A stretch of DNA of 63,944 bases, filler included, from Fonticula-like sp. SCN 57-25 (taxonomy: Eukaryota): NCBI GenBank assembly GCA_001724245.1. It is 3 parts of 3 records of this genome, joined end to end, with 100 filler letters (N's around TTAATTAATTAA, not from the genome) between each part and the next. Parts side by side here need not be neighbours in the genome. Positions count along the whole stretch, not along the records: positions 1 to 24,260 come from MEDX01000064.1; 2 more parts are not named here. The stretch is one strand, 5' to 3'. Made by a program: the position numbers and the translations under genes. The notes below the pieces were generated by a model. It did not search any database, was not told where the DNA came from, and was given only the letters and a program-made list of their open reading frames with translations. Positions 11,513 through 23,800 of this stretch are shown here, piece by piece. How positions within the stretch are numbered: the first letter of the stretch is position 1; every line of letters starts with the position of its first letter.

Positions 11513-13620
11513 CTATCCCCACACATCGCGCAGCACGCGCTTCTCCTTGCTCCACCTCAGCAGGGTCGCCTTGGCCTCGGCCTCGTCCCCTGCGACCCCC
11601 TGGTCCACGAGCACCTTGACAATAGCTGCGTCGATGTCGCGGACCATTGCCAACGCGTCGCCGCACATAAAGAGCCGCGCCTGCTGCTTGAACAGGCCTG
11701 CCAGGTTGGCCGCCTCCTCGCCGCTCATGACGGCGTTGACGCGCCCGCGACGAACGCACACGCCCTCCGGCGCCTCGCTATCACCATCGGTCACCTCGCG
11801 CGACGCGCAAACAATAAGCCGCGAGAGTGTTCCGTCGCGCACAAAGCCGTGCAGCTTGTCCTTGAAGAGAAGATCGACCGCCGGGTTGCGGCACCCCGCA
11901 AAGAGCCAAATTTGGCGGGAATGCGCGAGGCCGCGCTGCGCAAACGCCGCCTGGATGTGCTCCAGGAAGGAAATAAAGGGCGTGACGCCCGTTCCCGGCG
12001 CCAAAAACACGAGCGGCGTCGCCTCGCCCAGCTCGGGGAGCCCGTCGACGCTCGGCGCGTCCACCGGCACCTCGTCCGTGTCGAGGTCGGCGACGCCCGC
12101 AGGCAGCCGGAAGGCGTCGTGGCGGCGCATAAAGGCCGGAACGTGCGTCCCAATCGGCGCATCGGCAAGCAACGCCGTGCACAGACCGCGCTGGGCCTCG
12201 CCCGAAATGTCAGTATACTCTGCGACGTTGAAGGCGAGCGTCGGGTCGCGCGGGTGCGCCCGTGGCGACGACGCGAACGAGTAGTAGCGCGGCGCGAGCG
12301 GCAGGAGGACCTGTAGGAGCGCAGCGAGCGGCGGGCGACACGACGGCGCCGACCGCAAAATGTCCATCAGCGACGGCGACCGCGCGCGCAGCGCATTGTA
12401 CTCGGAGGCGCCCTTGGCGCTCGAGAGGAACAGAAGCGCGCGCCGCTCCGACGCGTCCGACGCCGCCTCGCCAAGTAACCGGAAAAACGACTTTTTCGGA
12501 AAGTGCGCAAGATCAACGCCAAAAGTGAGCGCCTCGCGAGCCGTGCACGGGAGGCGCAGATGCACTGCTGTGCTCGCCGCGGCGTCACTGCCCTGCGCGA
12601 GCTCGACGGCGCTCGAGGGGCGAACGCCCAGGTGCGCAAGCAGCGCCTCGACAACCGCCGGCTCGTTGCCGCAGTGCACGCCGAGCGCGTCGCCGGGAAG
12701 GTAAGCCTGCATCTCGGCGGGCAGCTGCACGTCCACGCGGAGCGTATTGCGCACCGCGCCCTGGGCCGTTAAACGCTCGCGGTGGACGAGCGGGACGCGG
12801 AAGACGCCCTTTTCGGCGCCGCCGCGGAAAAAGTAGCGCTCAAGGGATGTGGTACCCTCGTCCTTTTCGTCGGCAACGGCGTCAGAGATGACAAAGAGGC
12901 CCGTGGCGGGCAGCTGCGGCAGCGTCCCGGGCTCCCACTCGGCGGGCGGCGTCGGCAGGAGGTCGAGCTTTGTCAGCACCGCTGTGGTGGGCGCCGATGC
13001 GGCCGCAGCCTGCAGCGCAAGTGCTTCCCCGTTGGCTTCCTGCGCGGCGGCAGGCTGCGCTTCGCAGGCCCGCAGCTCGCCGCGGACAGCGTCCAGCGCA
13101 GGCCACAGCCCGGCGATCCACGCCTCAACGACGGCTTCGAGCCCCGTGCCGTCGTCCGCCATCGCGTGCGGGTAAAACTCGCTCACACCAACATCGCGCA
13201 GCGCCTTGAGAACGCGAAGCCCGCCGCCGCAAAAGGAGCTGTAGTTGGTGTCGCCGAGGAGGAGCGCGGCCATGCGCACATGCGAAAGGGCCGAGTCGCT
13301 GCCAAGGCGGCGCATGTGGCGAATGAAGCGGACGCCGTTCTCGGGGACTTCGCCGTCGCCCGTCGTCGAGCAGACAACCACAACATATCGACTCGTCGCA
13401 AGATTGCCCTAGAGCGACATGTGCCATTTAGACGCGACGGTCAAGAGACACACCTGCCACGTACCTTCTCATGGCGATTAAGCGTTTGGGCGCCAGATTC
13501 AATTCCGCGCGTTTTGGCTTCGTCGCATATCCGCTTCGCTATCTGCTCGGCGTTTCCCGTCTCCGAGCCGTACAGAACCAGCAGCGGCGGCCGCTCATCC
13601 TCTGCCGTCGACGTTGTCAT
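11513..13620 (-). CDS. MTRR: Methionine synthase reductase (diflavin FMN/FAD/NADPH reductase), 2 exons
   Basis: LYGSETGNA, STTGDGE, LGDTNYSSFCGGG and DDGTGLEAVVEAW (MTRR-type), PRYYSFASSP, PGTGVTPF, C-terminal DVWG. Confidence 0.8.
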
Positions 13621-13742
13621 GGCAGGCACCCTCGTGCTTAGCTTTTGTCAGCACCCGCGTCAATGCCAGTCACGTGATATAGTTTGCATATTGCATATCC
13701 ACGTGGGCTATTCTTGAGGGTCACTTTGGGTGCGCGTGCAGG

Positions 13743-15551
13743 ATGCTGCTGAGGGGCCGCGCGCGGATCTTGTCCGTGCCCTGGGCGCGGTTCTCGAGCG
13801 TCGGCCGCTCGATGCTGACGCCCATTGACGGAGATCCGCCGCCGCTTCTTGTCGAGACGCTTCCCACCGAGGACGAGGAGGCCGCATCGGTTCTCCTTCC
13901 GCTACCCAACGTGTCTGATCGCCGAGGCGATGTGCCGTACTACCCCGTGTCATCGTTCCTTGCCGGGGCGGATGCTGTGCTCCGCGGGCGCCAGACGCCG
14001 TCGGACGCGCTCCAGAGCGAGGCATGCCAGTACTATGTGTCGCTTCTCAAGCGCATGACGGCGAATGCGATCACTGTTCCTCAAGAGCGCACGCGGGTCG
14101 ATGTTGCTCTGCGAGTGCTCGGCATGCCCGATGCCTTTTCACTCCTTGTTCGCCTCGGCATCTACGAGCCGAGCTCTGTTCCCTCCCTTCACTCTGGTGA
14201 GGTGGCGTCTTCCTTCAACTCGAGCCTGATCGCCGCGAGCGATGCCATGTGTCGCGATGCGCGCGATCGCGCCGCAGAGATCCTTGGCCACCGCCTCCGC
14301 CGCGATCTCCGCCACCTCACCGTCTACACCATTGACGACGCGAGCACGCAGGAAACCGACGACGGCCTTTCCATCGAGAGGCGCGCCGACGGCTCCCTCT
14401 GGATCCACGTGCACGTGGCCGATCCCGTCGCCTATCTGTCGCCCGGCTCGCCGCTCGATCTCGAGGCGCGCCGCCGCGTGTCCACCTTTTACATGCCCGA
14501 AGGCAAGGTGACCATGTTCCCCGCGTCGCTCGCCTTTGATCTCTTTTCGATTGAGCCCAACAAGCCCGGCGGCTGCGCCGTCTTTACTGTGAGCGCCAAG
14601 CTCGGCAGCGACGGCGAGGTGCTTGACTGCGTGATTGGCCCGGCGCTCGTGGACCGCGTGGTCAAGCTCGACTATGAGCAGGCGAGCGCGCTGTTGCGCT
14701 CCGATGCTTCTGCGGCGGACGAGCGTGTGAAGGACCTTGTCGAGATGAAGCAGTTTGCGGACGCGCACCTCGAGCGGCGGCACGCACAGGGCGGCTTCCA
14801 GCTCAACCTCCCCGAGCCCATCTTTAAACGCTCCGCGGACGGGGCGTCCTTTGACATTTCGGCCGACATGGACTTTAGCTCGGAATCGCGCGCGCTCGTT
14901 TCAGAGCTCATGATCATGTCGGGGCGGCTGGCTGCCACGTGCGGCAATGCCGCTGGCGTTGCGATGCCGTACCGGACGCAGCCGCGCTCGTTCGTGCCAG
15001 AGGACATTATGAGGGGCGTGGTCGCGGCGAGCCGCGCAAAGACGCCGGGCATTGAGGAGGCGGCGCGCATCCTGCCGTTCATGCTGCCGAGCAAGACGAG
15101 CACCGTGGCGGGGTCGCACTGGGCGCTCGGCGTCAAGATGTACGCCAAGGTCACCTCGCCCATCAGACGCTACTCGGACATTCTCGCGCACTATCAGCTG
15201 TGGGCGGTGGCGAGCGGCGAAAAGGCGCCGTTTGGCGTCGAGGAAATGGCCGACATTCTCACCCCGTTGGCGATCCGCGAGCGCGTCCTCGACAGGCTGC
15301 AGGGGACGGCCGAGCGGTACTGGATCCTGAGGTTCATCGAGAGGCAGGACCCGCTCAAGCGGTACCGCTGCACGGTCATGAGCCCCGCGGACGACGCTGG
15401 TTTTGTGCAGGCGGTCATGCTCGACACGGCCATGCGGTGCAGAGTGCGCGTCAACGCGGCTGTCGCGCTCGGCGACACAATCACCGCCATCGTGAATAGA
15501 CTCAACCCGAGAAGGATGCACCTCGTCCTCACGCAGGTCGACGGCGCGTGA
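13743..15551 (+). CDS. Mitochondrial RNase II/RNB-family exoribonuclease (DSS1-like)
   Basis: Presequence-like N-terminus, RRDLR, TIDDASTQETDDGLS, IHVHVADP, HWALG..Y...TSPIRRYSD. Confidence 0.85.
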   Translation: MLLRGRARILSVPWARFSSVGRSMLTPIDGDPPPLLVETLPTEDEEAASVLLPLPNVSDRRGDVPYYPVSSFLAGADAVLRGRQTPSDALQSEACQYYVSLLKRMTANAITVPQERTRVDVALRVLGMPDAFSLLVRLGIYEPSSVPSLHSGEVASSFNSSLIAASDAMCRDARDRAAEILGHRLRRDLRHLTVYTIDDASTQETDDGLSIERRADGSLWIHVHVADPVAYLSPGSPLDLEARRRVSTFYMPEGKVTMFPASLAFDLFSIEPNKPGGCAVFTVSAKLGSDGEVLDCVIGPALVDRVVKLDYEQASALLRSDASAADERVKDLVEMKQFADAHLERRHAQGGFQLNLPEPIFKRSADGASFDISADMDFSSESRALVSELMIMSGRLAATCGNAAGVAMPYRTQPRSFVPEDIMRGVVAASRAKTPGIEEAARILPFMLPSKTSTVAGSHWALGVKMYAKVTSPIRRYSDILAHYQLWAVASGEKAPFGVEEMADILTPLAIRERVLDRLQGTAERYWILRFIERQDPLKRYRCTVMSPADDAGFVQAVMLDTAMRCRVRVNAAVALGDTITAIVNRLNPRRMHLVLTQVDGA

Positions 15552-15724
15552 GGCCAGACTTTATGATTGGCAAACAGTTTTGGTTGTACATAATATATAT
15601 TGATCTACCAACAATTATATCAAATGGTGCTGTTCACGAAGGGTTGCACGACAACTTACTATATACGAAAGATATGCTGTACTGAGGATGTATAAATTAA
15701 GCGAAAGCCTATATAAACGGAATT

Positions 15725-17347
15725 CTAGACCGGGTTGATGTAGAGCTTGATGGCAGGAACCCAGCGGTCAATAACAGCCTGCGTCGTGCGGAGCGTAAAG
15801 CTTCCGTGGCACTTGGAAACGAGCGTGAAGACGCGCTTCTGTTCCATCTTTACTTGAACGAGGCTGAAGAGAGGATAAATGGCGATGGGCGACTGAAAGT
15901 CAGCGCATCCCTTGCGGTAAATGAAAATTTGATGGCCGTCAAAGCGAACGTCGCGCGTCGTCCAACGCTTGACGACGGAGCCGGACTGGACCTCAAAGGG
16001 CAGGCTCTTGAGCACGTCACTTTCGCCGACGGGCGAGGGCGAGATCCGGATGACGGGAGACCCGGTAGGCTGGCACTTGCTGTACACAATGAGAAGCTCG
16101 CGACCAATGGCATACTGGACGACCCGCGGCCCGAGTCCATAGTGCGAGAAAATCACGTTGAGCGAGCGGCAAACAGAGCTGGCTTCCGTAAACTTGATCA
16201 TCTCAAAGATTGCGCTTACCACCATCAGGTTCGTGTCCAAGAGCAGGCGCAAGAACTCTAGCGTGTTGTCGTCCGAAGGGCTGCCCGAGAGCACGCGCAG
16301 GCGCGCGTCTGCAACCTCGTCGTTTGGCATCAGCAACTCGGCGGCCTTGAGCTCCCCGTCCGAAATCTTGCAAGCGTCCTTGCGGCCGCGCTGACGGGGC
16401 GAAAGAGCCATGTATAGCGCGATGCGAGCAAACGGCTTTGCCACGCGCGCCCGAAGCGAGTTGGCCTCGTGCAGGACCTCCTCGGTCGGCGGAATAGCGT
16501 CGAAAATAAGGGGACGGTACTCGTCGACCGTTTCCGGCGGGGGAGGCGGGATAAGGAAGCCGGCAGGGATGTTGCCTTGAATGATAACGTGCGCCTGGTG
16601 CTTGCTGATGGAGCCATACTTTTTCATGTGGCTGTACAGATTGCGCATGGAGACCACCTTGAGAGCCAGCTTTTCAGGGGCGGCCCTGGCGGGAGAAGAG
16701 GAACGGCTAGCGATCATTGCCGTGAAGAATGTCCGAACGCGGGCGTCCTGCGCCTCGAGAAACTCGTTCAGGGGAATCATGTGCTGCTCCTTGGTGCCGA
16801 AAACGGTGTGGTTGGCGAGGTGTTGCAATACCTTGGCGCAAACAACGAGGTCATCGAGGCGATCCTTGGTGAGCGGCTGCGAGAGCGGGACACCGAGCTC
16901 GGCCGGCTTCACGATAGCCGGGCAGAAGAAACGCAGGAACAGAATGCTGAGCGTGGTCTGCGCGGCAGTCGTGTCGCCAAACGTCTTGGCAATCTCGGCG
17001 TAAAACAAGTCAAACAGATCGCGGAACTCGTCCGGGACCTGCGGGAGGGACTCGACGATAGCATCGAGCAGTACCGTGCACCATTGTACGAGCCTCTCGT
17101 GGTTCCCAGCAAGATCTGCAGGATCGCGCACGCGAATCGGGTTCATCTGCAGCCTCAGCGACTCGTCCGTCTTGAGCAGCTCGCCCAACGGCCCGGCGAA
17201 CACGCCGCGCAGGTACTCCCCCGCCACCGACATTCCATACTCGTAGACCAGCTTGGTAGCAAAGCTACTTCCTCGAAACAACGTCGTCACCTCATGCGGC
17301 GGCAGAGATGAAAACTGTGCGCCTGCCGAGACACTCATCCTCGTCAT
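15725..17347 (-). CDS. RasGAP-domain protein with C-terminal PH domain
   Basis: TTLFRG arginine finger, FLRFFCPAI, AKVLQHLAN. C-terminal KRWTTRDVRF...RWVPAI PH-like segment. Confidence 0.85.
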   Translation of the reverse strand: MTRMSVSAGAQFSSLPPHEVTTLFRGSSFATKLVYEYGMSVAGEYLRGVFAGPLGELLKTDESLRLQMNPIRVRDPADLAGNHERLVQWCTVLLDAIVESLPQVPDEFRDLFDLFYAEIAKTFGDTTAAQTTLSILFLRFFCPAIVKPAELGVPLSQPLTKDRLDDLVVCAKVLQHLANHTVFGTKEQHMIPLNEFLEAQDARVRTFFTAMIASRSSSPARAAPEKLALKVVSMRNLYSHMKKYGSISKHQAHVIIQGNIPAGFLIPPPPPETVDEYRPLIFDAIPPTEEVLHEANSLRARVAKPFARIALYMALSPRQRGRKDACKISDGELKAAELLMPNDEVADARLRVLSGSPSDDNTLEFLRLLLDTNLMVVSAIFEMIKFTEASSVCRSLNVIFSHYGLGPRVVQYAIGRELLIVYSKCQPTGSPVIRISPSPVGESDVLKSLPFEVQSGSVVKRWTTRDVRFDGHQIFIYRKGCADFQSPIAIYPLFSLVQVKMEQKRVFTLVSKCHGSFTLRTTQAVIDRWVPAIKLYINPV

Positions 17348-17855
17348 TCCAACCAGCAGAATGAAAGGGCAAGCGAAATAAGCCCTGGGGCACTGCCCTT
17401 CGTTTTCCTACGAACGGCCAAGCGACTTGCTGTCTGCTCAGGCACGCAGTTCGCTAACTCGATACAGATGGGAATTTCTTAAAATCGGCATTAATCTAAA
17501 GTCCAATTTCCTTTTTAGGGTTTAATTTAGCTAATCTCGGTCGAGTTGTACCTCAGGGGGACCGATTCGTCTATTAATGGTAACATTTTGATCATTCATC
17601 GGAAGCAAGCGAAGCATGGCAGATTGAGTTACGATTGAGATCCGCTCGAGTGGAAGCGCGCTCCGCTCCGACCAATCGTGTAGCAGGTGCGACTCTGCCC
17701 CTGAGGCATACCAGTAAATCAAATGCCTTCCGATCCCGTGTCCGACGGAACTATTACAGTGATAGTTGGATGATATTGATAATACATAAATGTGAATGTA
17801 CAAAAGTAGACACGAATGAGTGGCAAAAAAAAACGCTTGGCGCCATGTGAAGATT

Positions 17856-20800
17856 CTATTGGCTGGACGACGTGATATTGGCGTCCAGCTTTGCCGCGGA
17901 TATTATTGCTGTGCAGCGCTTGCATGCCTTGCTTGTCTTTGGGTCAATGCCGATAATGTCGATGCCTTCGAGGCAGCTGGCGCAGAAGACGCCGCCGCAC
18001 GTGCGGCACGAAGGGCGGCGGCGCTCGAGCACGCTAAACTTGATGGCGCACTCCATGCATGCGTCGTGGTCGCGCACGCGGTGGCGGTCGTCGGCCGTTG
18101 GGAGCGACCACGAGTACATCTTGCCGTTGGCGTCGCCAATGTAGATGCGGCCGTGGGCGTTCACGGGCAGCAGCGCCGTCACCGCGTGGCCGCCCAGCGG
18201 GGCCTCGGCGCCGGGGCGCGCCTGGTAAGAGGAAGAGGCGAGCGGCGGCAGCGACGAGACGAGCAGCGGGTAGTCGCGGAAGTTGGGGTGGCCACCGCCG
18301 GGGGTAAGCGTGCGCCGCGCCTCGAGAGCAGCGCGGCCGGCGTGCCAGACAAGGCCCCAGATGATGACGTGGCCGCTGCTGTGGCCCGTGACGAACGCGT
18401 CGGGGCCCGCGGGCTGCGCGGTCGTGGGTTCAATGATGCCGACGCACGTAATGCCGTCACCAATGTCCACAGAGAGGCTGCTGAACGGCGTGCGGCCCGC
18501 GGGGATCGTGTGGGCGATGCGCTTGGCCAGCGGCTCATTCGCGTTGCCGGTCCACACGCGAAGCATCGTCGGCGTGCATGTGGCGATATAGCCCGTCGCA
18601 TCCGACATGGCGGCGGCCACGATCGGTGCATCGTGGTCGCCCAGGGTGCGCACGTACGAGCAGCGGTCCAGATCCCAGATGACGCACGTTTGGTCCGTGC
18701 TGCCCGAAAGCAGCGTCGTGCGCGAGGGGTTTGTCGCGAGACAGGTGATGGCCCCAGTGTGCGCCGAAAGCGTCGCCGACAAAAACAGTGCAGTGTTGCC
18801 CACGACAACGTCGCTCGACATGTGCGGGTTGGCGTGCATGATGCGCCACACGCGCACAGTCGCGTCCTCGCCGCCAGAGGCAAACCGCATGTGCGGACCG
18901 CCCAGGCCGATCACAGCCGTGACCTGCCCCACATGCGCGCCGTCCAGCACGTCGATGCACTCTGTGTCGCCAATGAGCACAACGGACTCGTCGCCGGCGA
19001 TGCTGGCGTGAGCACCACCTTCGGAAGCAATGTTGCTCATCGAAGCCGAGTTGGCGCTGCTAGAGGACGCCAGCTCGGTGCGGCGAGGCGCGTAAAGGCG
19101 CAGCGACTGGTCCACGGCGCCCCACTCGAGGAACATCTTGCCAGAGTCGGGCAAGAGGGCCTGGCAGCGAGCAAGCGGCACCGGCGTCTGGGTCGGCGTC
19201 ACAAAGCCAATAACGCCAACAAGGTCGTCCCGCTGCGTCGTGTGGGACTCGAACGTGATCGAGCCGACGGCGCGCAGGGAGCCCTCGCGAGCCTCGCGGC
19301 CAGAACGTCCCTTTGCAATCTGCGCCAGCGGCCAGACGGACCGCACTAGAAGCGACGGCGAGTGCGCGAGGCTAATGATGGGCGCGCGCGGGTCGTACTT
19401 GCGGTTGGCATTGCGGGACGGGTGCGGCTCCTTGAACAGCTGAGCGGGCGTCTGGCCAAAGTGCGTCACAATGCCGAGCGTGGTGGCGCGCTGAACTGGG
19501 TCCGTGACGCTGTCCAGGTCCACATTGTCGTACGAGAGCGGGTGGAACAGGTTGACCGCCTCGATGGCGGCTTGGCCGCGCTGCTGGTAGCCAAAGATCA
19601 GGTCGATCCACTTGTGCAGGTTGTCGCTCACATAGTCGCATTCGAGGGCCGCACGCATCTGCGAGATAAACAGCTCCGGGCTACCGTGCGCCCACGGCGG
19701 CAGCACAACATCGTCCACGCGGCGCATTGACTCGTGGCGCAGGCCGAGGTCAAACCGGTTAGAGTTCACCAAAAACTCGGGCATGTAGTAAAACTCGGGG
19801 GTAAGCTCTTTGACATCGGCCGTGGTGAGCTCCGATGACGACCGCCACGCGTCGGCGATCGAGTGGAAGAGGCGGTCGGGGCGGTCAAAGTCGCCCTGCA
19901 GCTTGAGGAACTCGTGCGTGAACGGCTCCAGGCGCATCAGGTAGGTGCACACAGCCATCGCCGACGAGTAGTGGGTGCCGTAATGGAAGCGCTCGGCCGA
20001 GTCCTCCAGCGTCTCGAACCGCTCAACAAACTCGGCGAGGCGCGCGGGCGTCTGGGCGCCCATCGGAGCCGCCAGGTTGCGGAACGAGTTGGGGTTGGTC
20101 AGGTCGAGTTCCTCGCTCGTGTAGTCCTTGAGCACCCACGGGAACACTGGGTACTGCGTCAGGTCGTTGAACGAGCGGCCGGCGAGCGCGTTGAGCGCCA
20201 TGAGGTACTGCAGGTTGCTCAGCTGGCGAGCCTGCCAGCGCTGGAGAAGCATCTGGCGCGCCTGCTGATTCGGCCCCATGCGGCGAAGCATGTCGAGACC
20301 CGAGCCGGCTGCGCGACCAATCTTGGCTTCCAGGATTTTGAGGGCGCGCGTGCAGTCCTGCACCGTTCCGCACAGCGCAATCAACACGGTGCGGCCGTTG
20401 GCAAGGAACAGCTCGAGGCCGACAGAACGCAGCATGTAGCGACGACGCTGCACGCGACGCACGGAAGAGTACAAAATGGTCTGGATTTGGCGCCGCTGTT
20501 CTCTGGGAAGCTGCTCTTCGTCCACAGTCTCGGACACTGACGACGACGCGTACTCGCGCTGCTCGCGCGGCGCAAAGGAGAGCGGCACAATTGTCCGGCT
20601 CACATCGTCCAGCACAAAATAATCATCCATGACCTGGAGATACTTTTTGTACATTAAAAAGACGCCCTCGCGCACGTCCAGCCCAACAATGCGCGCGCAG
20701 TTGCAGAACAGGTCCGGCTTGTCGCCCATGCTGGTCTCGATCACGGTGGCAGGCACCGCGCCAGTATTGGGACTGGCTGTCGCAGTCGGCGGAGGCTGTG

Positions 20801-23800
20801 TGTGTGCCGCAGTAGGCGACTGCGGCGCCGAGATGGGCGTCTCCGACACAGGGAAAGGAGCCATGGTCACCGACGCATTAGAACTGCGGCGATCCTTTCG
20901 CTGCGTAATCGACGACGTGCGACGCTCCTTCTGATCGGGCAAAATAAGGGAATCCGTGGTTTCGCTCGCGCGGCTCGGGGTGAGGATGTCAATGCTGGCA
21001 TCGGCAAGCAGGACATTGCTGTCCTCGGGGTCCACCGGCGGGACTTCCTCCTCGGATTCGCTCTCGCTCGACTCGATGTCGCTTGTCGCCGCAGAAATAT
21101 CCTCGACAACAGAGTTGGGGCGCAGCGGTGTCGACAGCGCGCCGCCTTCCAAAAGATTACCCAGCGACAAGCGGAAGAGCTGCGGGTTGCGGGCGAACGC
21201 AGCCGCGTGATCGCGCGCTGGCGTGCGCGTGATCACCGGAATCGACGGCGTCAACGCATCCGAAGAGGTCTCGACGTGCAACTGCGGAAGCGAATCTAGC
21301 GTGGATACCGACGACGTGCGCTCCAGCATCGGCGGGAGATTCAACGAGAGAGCTAGCGCGGGCGGAACCGGCGGTTTCTCTTCGATCCCAGTGCTGCTTT
21401 CAATGGCATCCGTGCTGGACTCGCCCGTCGCGAGCGCGTCAGCCGAAGAGGGCGTCTCCGGCTCGTCCTGAACCTGCTCGGCGGCATCGGCCTCCTCCGT
21501 CACAACCTGCTCGACTTCGGGTTGAGCTTCGGGCGATGGCGTCGAGCGCGCTTCGATGATGATGCGCTGCAACTCGTTCTGCTTGTAGTAACGCGGAGGG
21601 AACGGGGCAGGCGGTTGCAGCCCACGCGACAGATACGCAAACTCGTACGAGAAAAAGCTCTGCGGGATTCGATTGCGATCGCCGCCGCCGCCAATGACAT
21701 CGTCATAGTCTTGGCCACTCGTGTTGGTCAGGTTTGCTGAATCCGCGTCCACATAAGGATACCTCAGGTAAAACTCGGTGTCTTCCACGAGGCGGCGACG
21801 CAGGCGATCGACGCCCTCGCGGTTGTCAAGCATCCATCTGCGCATATGCCGCGGCACCGGCGCAGCGGCCACGCTACGCTCACTCACGAGGTGATCGTTC
21901 AGTACGCGCCACCGCTTCTCAGCATCGGCAATGTGGAGATTTGCAAGGCGCGCGCGCCGCCGGCGAGACGCCAGAACCGAGTCGGTGATGTAAAAGGGAA
22001 GCGCGCGGAGGCCGCCGCGGGTTCGCTCGTCGTCGGTGCTGTTTGCGAGCATCGCGACTGCGCGAAGGATGACTGCGCGGCGGCGGGGCCGCTCGGTGTC
22101 CGTGTGCTGCCTCGACTCGGCGGCGGCCGCCGCGGTGTCGTCAGCGGCACGCAGCAGGACCTCGCTCATGAGAACGTCGACCTCGGCCCGACGAGCAGAA
22201 AACAAGGCAGTGATACTAGCTGCATCGGCACGGTTCGTCGCAATCGTCATCCGAATCGCCTCCAGCAGAAGCGCCTCATTGGTGGACGCGCCTGACGTCG
22301 CTTGCGAGCTGTTCGACTGGGCCGAGCGCCGCGCTTGGATGCGGAAGAGCGACTCGATCTCCGTCTTGCGATTCTCAAAGACAATGACGAGAAGCGAAGT
22401 GGCGTTCTCGGACGGCTTTGGACTGGTCGTCGTCTGCTTAAAGATAAAGTACAGCAGTGTCTTGAGGAAGCCAACGTCGTTATTGAGCGGATGCAAAAGT
22501 GCGCACAAAAACGACGACGTCTGCAGGGAAGCAAAGAGTTCATCCGCAGCCTCGGGAGAGCTACCGGGTCCCATCGCACGCGCCAAAAGCCACAGAACGA
22601 GGCGGTTAAACTCGGCGACCAAGGCCTTTAACGACGGGTCCACCGTGGGCGCCGAGCGGAAAATGCGCATCAGGGTGGATGTGGTACTGCTCTTGGCCGA
22701 AGGGTCGGATCCAACGCGGGAAACGAGCTCGGCGAGCAGCGTGGCTACCAACAACCCGCCATTCTCATACTGCTCAGTGGCAAAGACGCGCTCCACCACG
22801 AAATGGGCATACGAGACAATGTGCTTGAGCAGAGGGCGGTTGTCGGGCGATACGCGGCCGGTCTGAATGCCAACGCGCATGGCGCAGGTGAGCGCGTCGA
22901 GGATCATTATCTGCAGAGAGCGGTCGGCAAACGATGCGGAGCAGTCCAGCAAGACGGTCAGGGCGCTTAGAGGACGATGCGGCGAAACGATCGAGTCGGA
23001 AGCAATGTGCATCAAGAGGTTGAGCGCAGTGGAAAAGAGCGGCGACACGGCGACGGTGCGCGCGGGAAGTTCAGAGAGCGAATGAACGGCAGGCGGCGAG
23101 CTACCCGAAAAGAGCGGCGGAATCGAGTACGGCGAGTACGAATCCGCAAGGTTCGTCACCGACGGAACCGACAGCAGGGACGACGAAAGCTGTGAGAACT
23201 CGGTCGAGGAAGTACTGCCACCCGGCGGCACGTTCGCAAACTGCAACCAAGCGCGATTGCATGAAGTCGACGACTCGGCAAAGAAGAGGGGCGCCTGCGG
23301 CGCCTGCAAGGAGAGCAGAGGCGCCAGCGCAGTCATCAACTCGTCCAAAAGAGCACCCTCGTGCCGGTACAAGAAATGATTCTTAAACTCTTCGACATGC
23401 ACCATCAAGTGAAGCAAAAAGTCGAGAACGCCGCCGAGCAAGCGAACACCGTCGGCAATCTCAAACTCTTCAAGCTGGTACGCGCGCGCCTCCTGCACGG
23501 ACGGATAATCTGTTGCGCTTATAAAGAGCCCTTCAGGCTGGGCCACTTGAGCAGCCTCCTGAATGGTCTGCGGGCCAAACACAGTCGAAGAAGGGATCAC
23601 GCGCTTAACACCGACAATCGTCTGGACACCCATCTGCACCATGCGGATGATGACAGAGAGCACCTCGGGCACTGCAACACCCTGCAGGGGGCGCGCAAGG
23701 AAGCAGGCCAGCAGCTGCGCGCGCTCCACCGGAAGCTGTGGAGGCACATTTGCAATATTGACGCCTAGCAAAAGAGCAAAGAGCGACGGGTACAGCTGAG

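Noticed and set aside
13621-13742. Cobalamin riboswitch upstream of MTRR, MMAA or PCC
   Set aside because: Spacers are too short, and no B12-box or conserved stems are visible.
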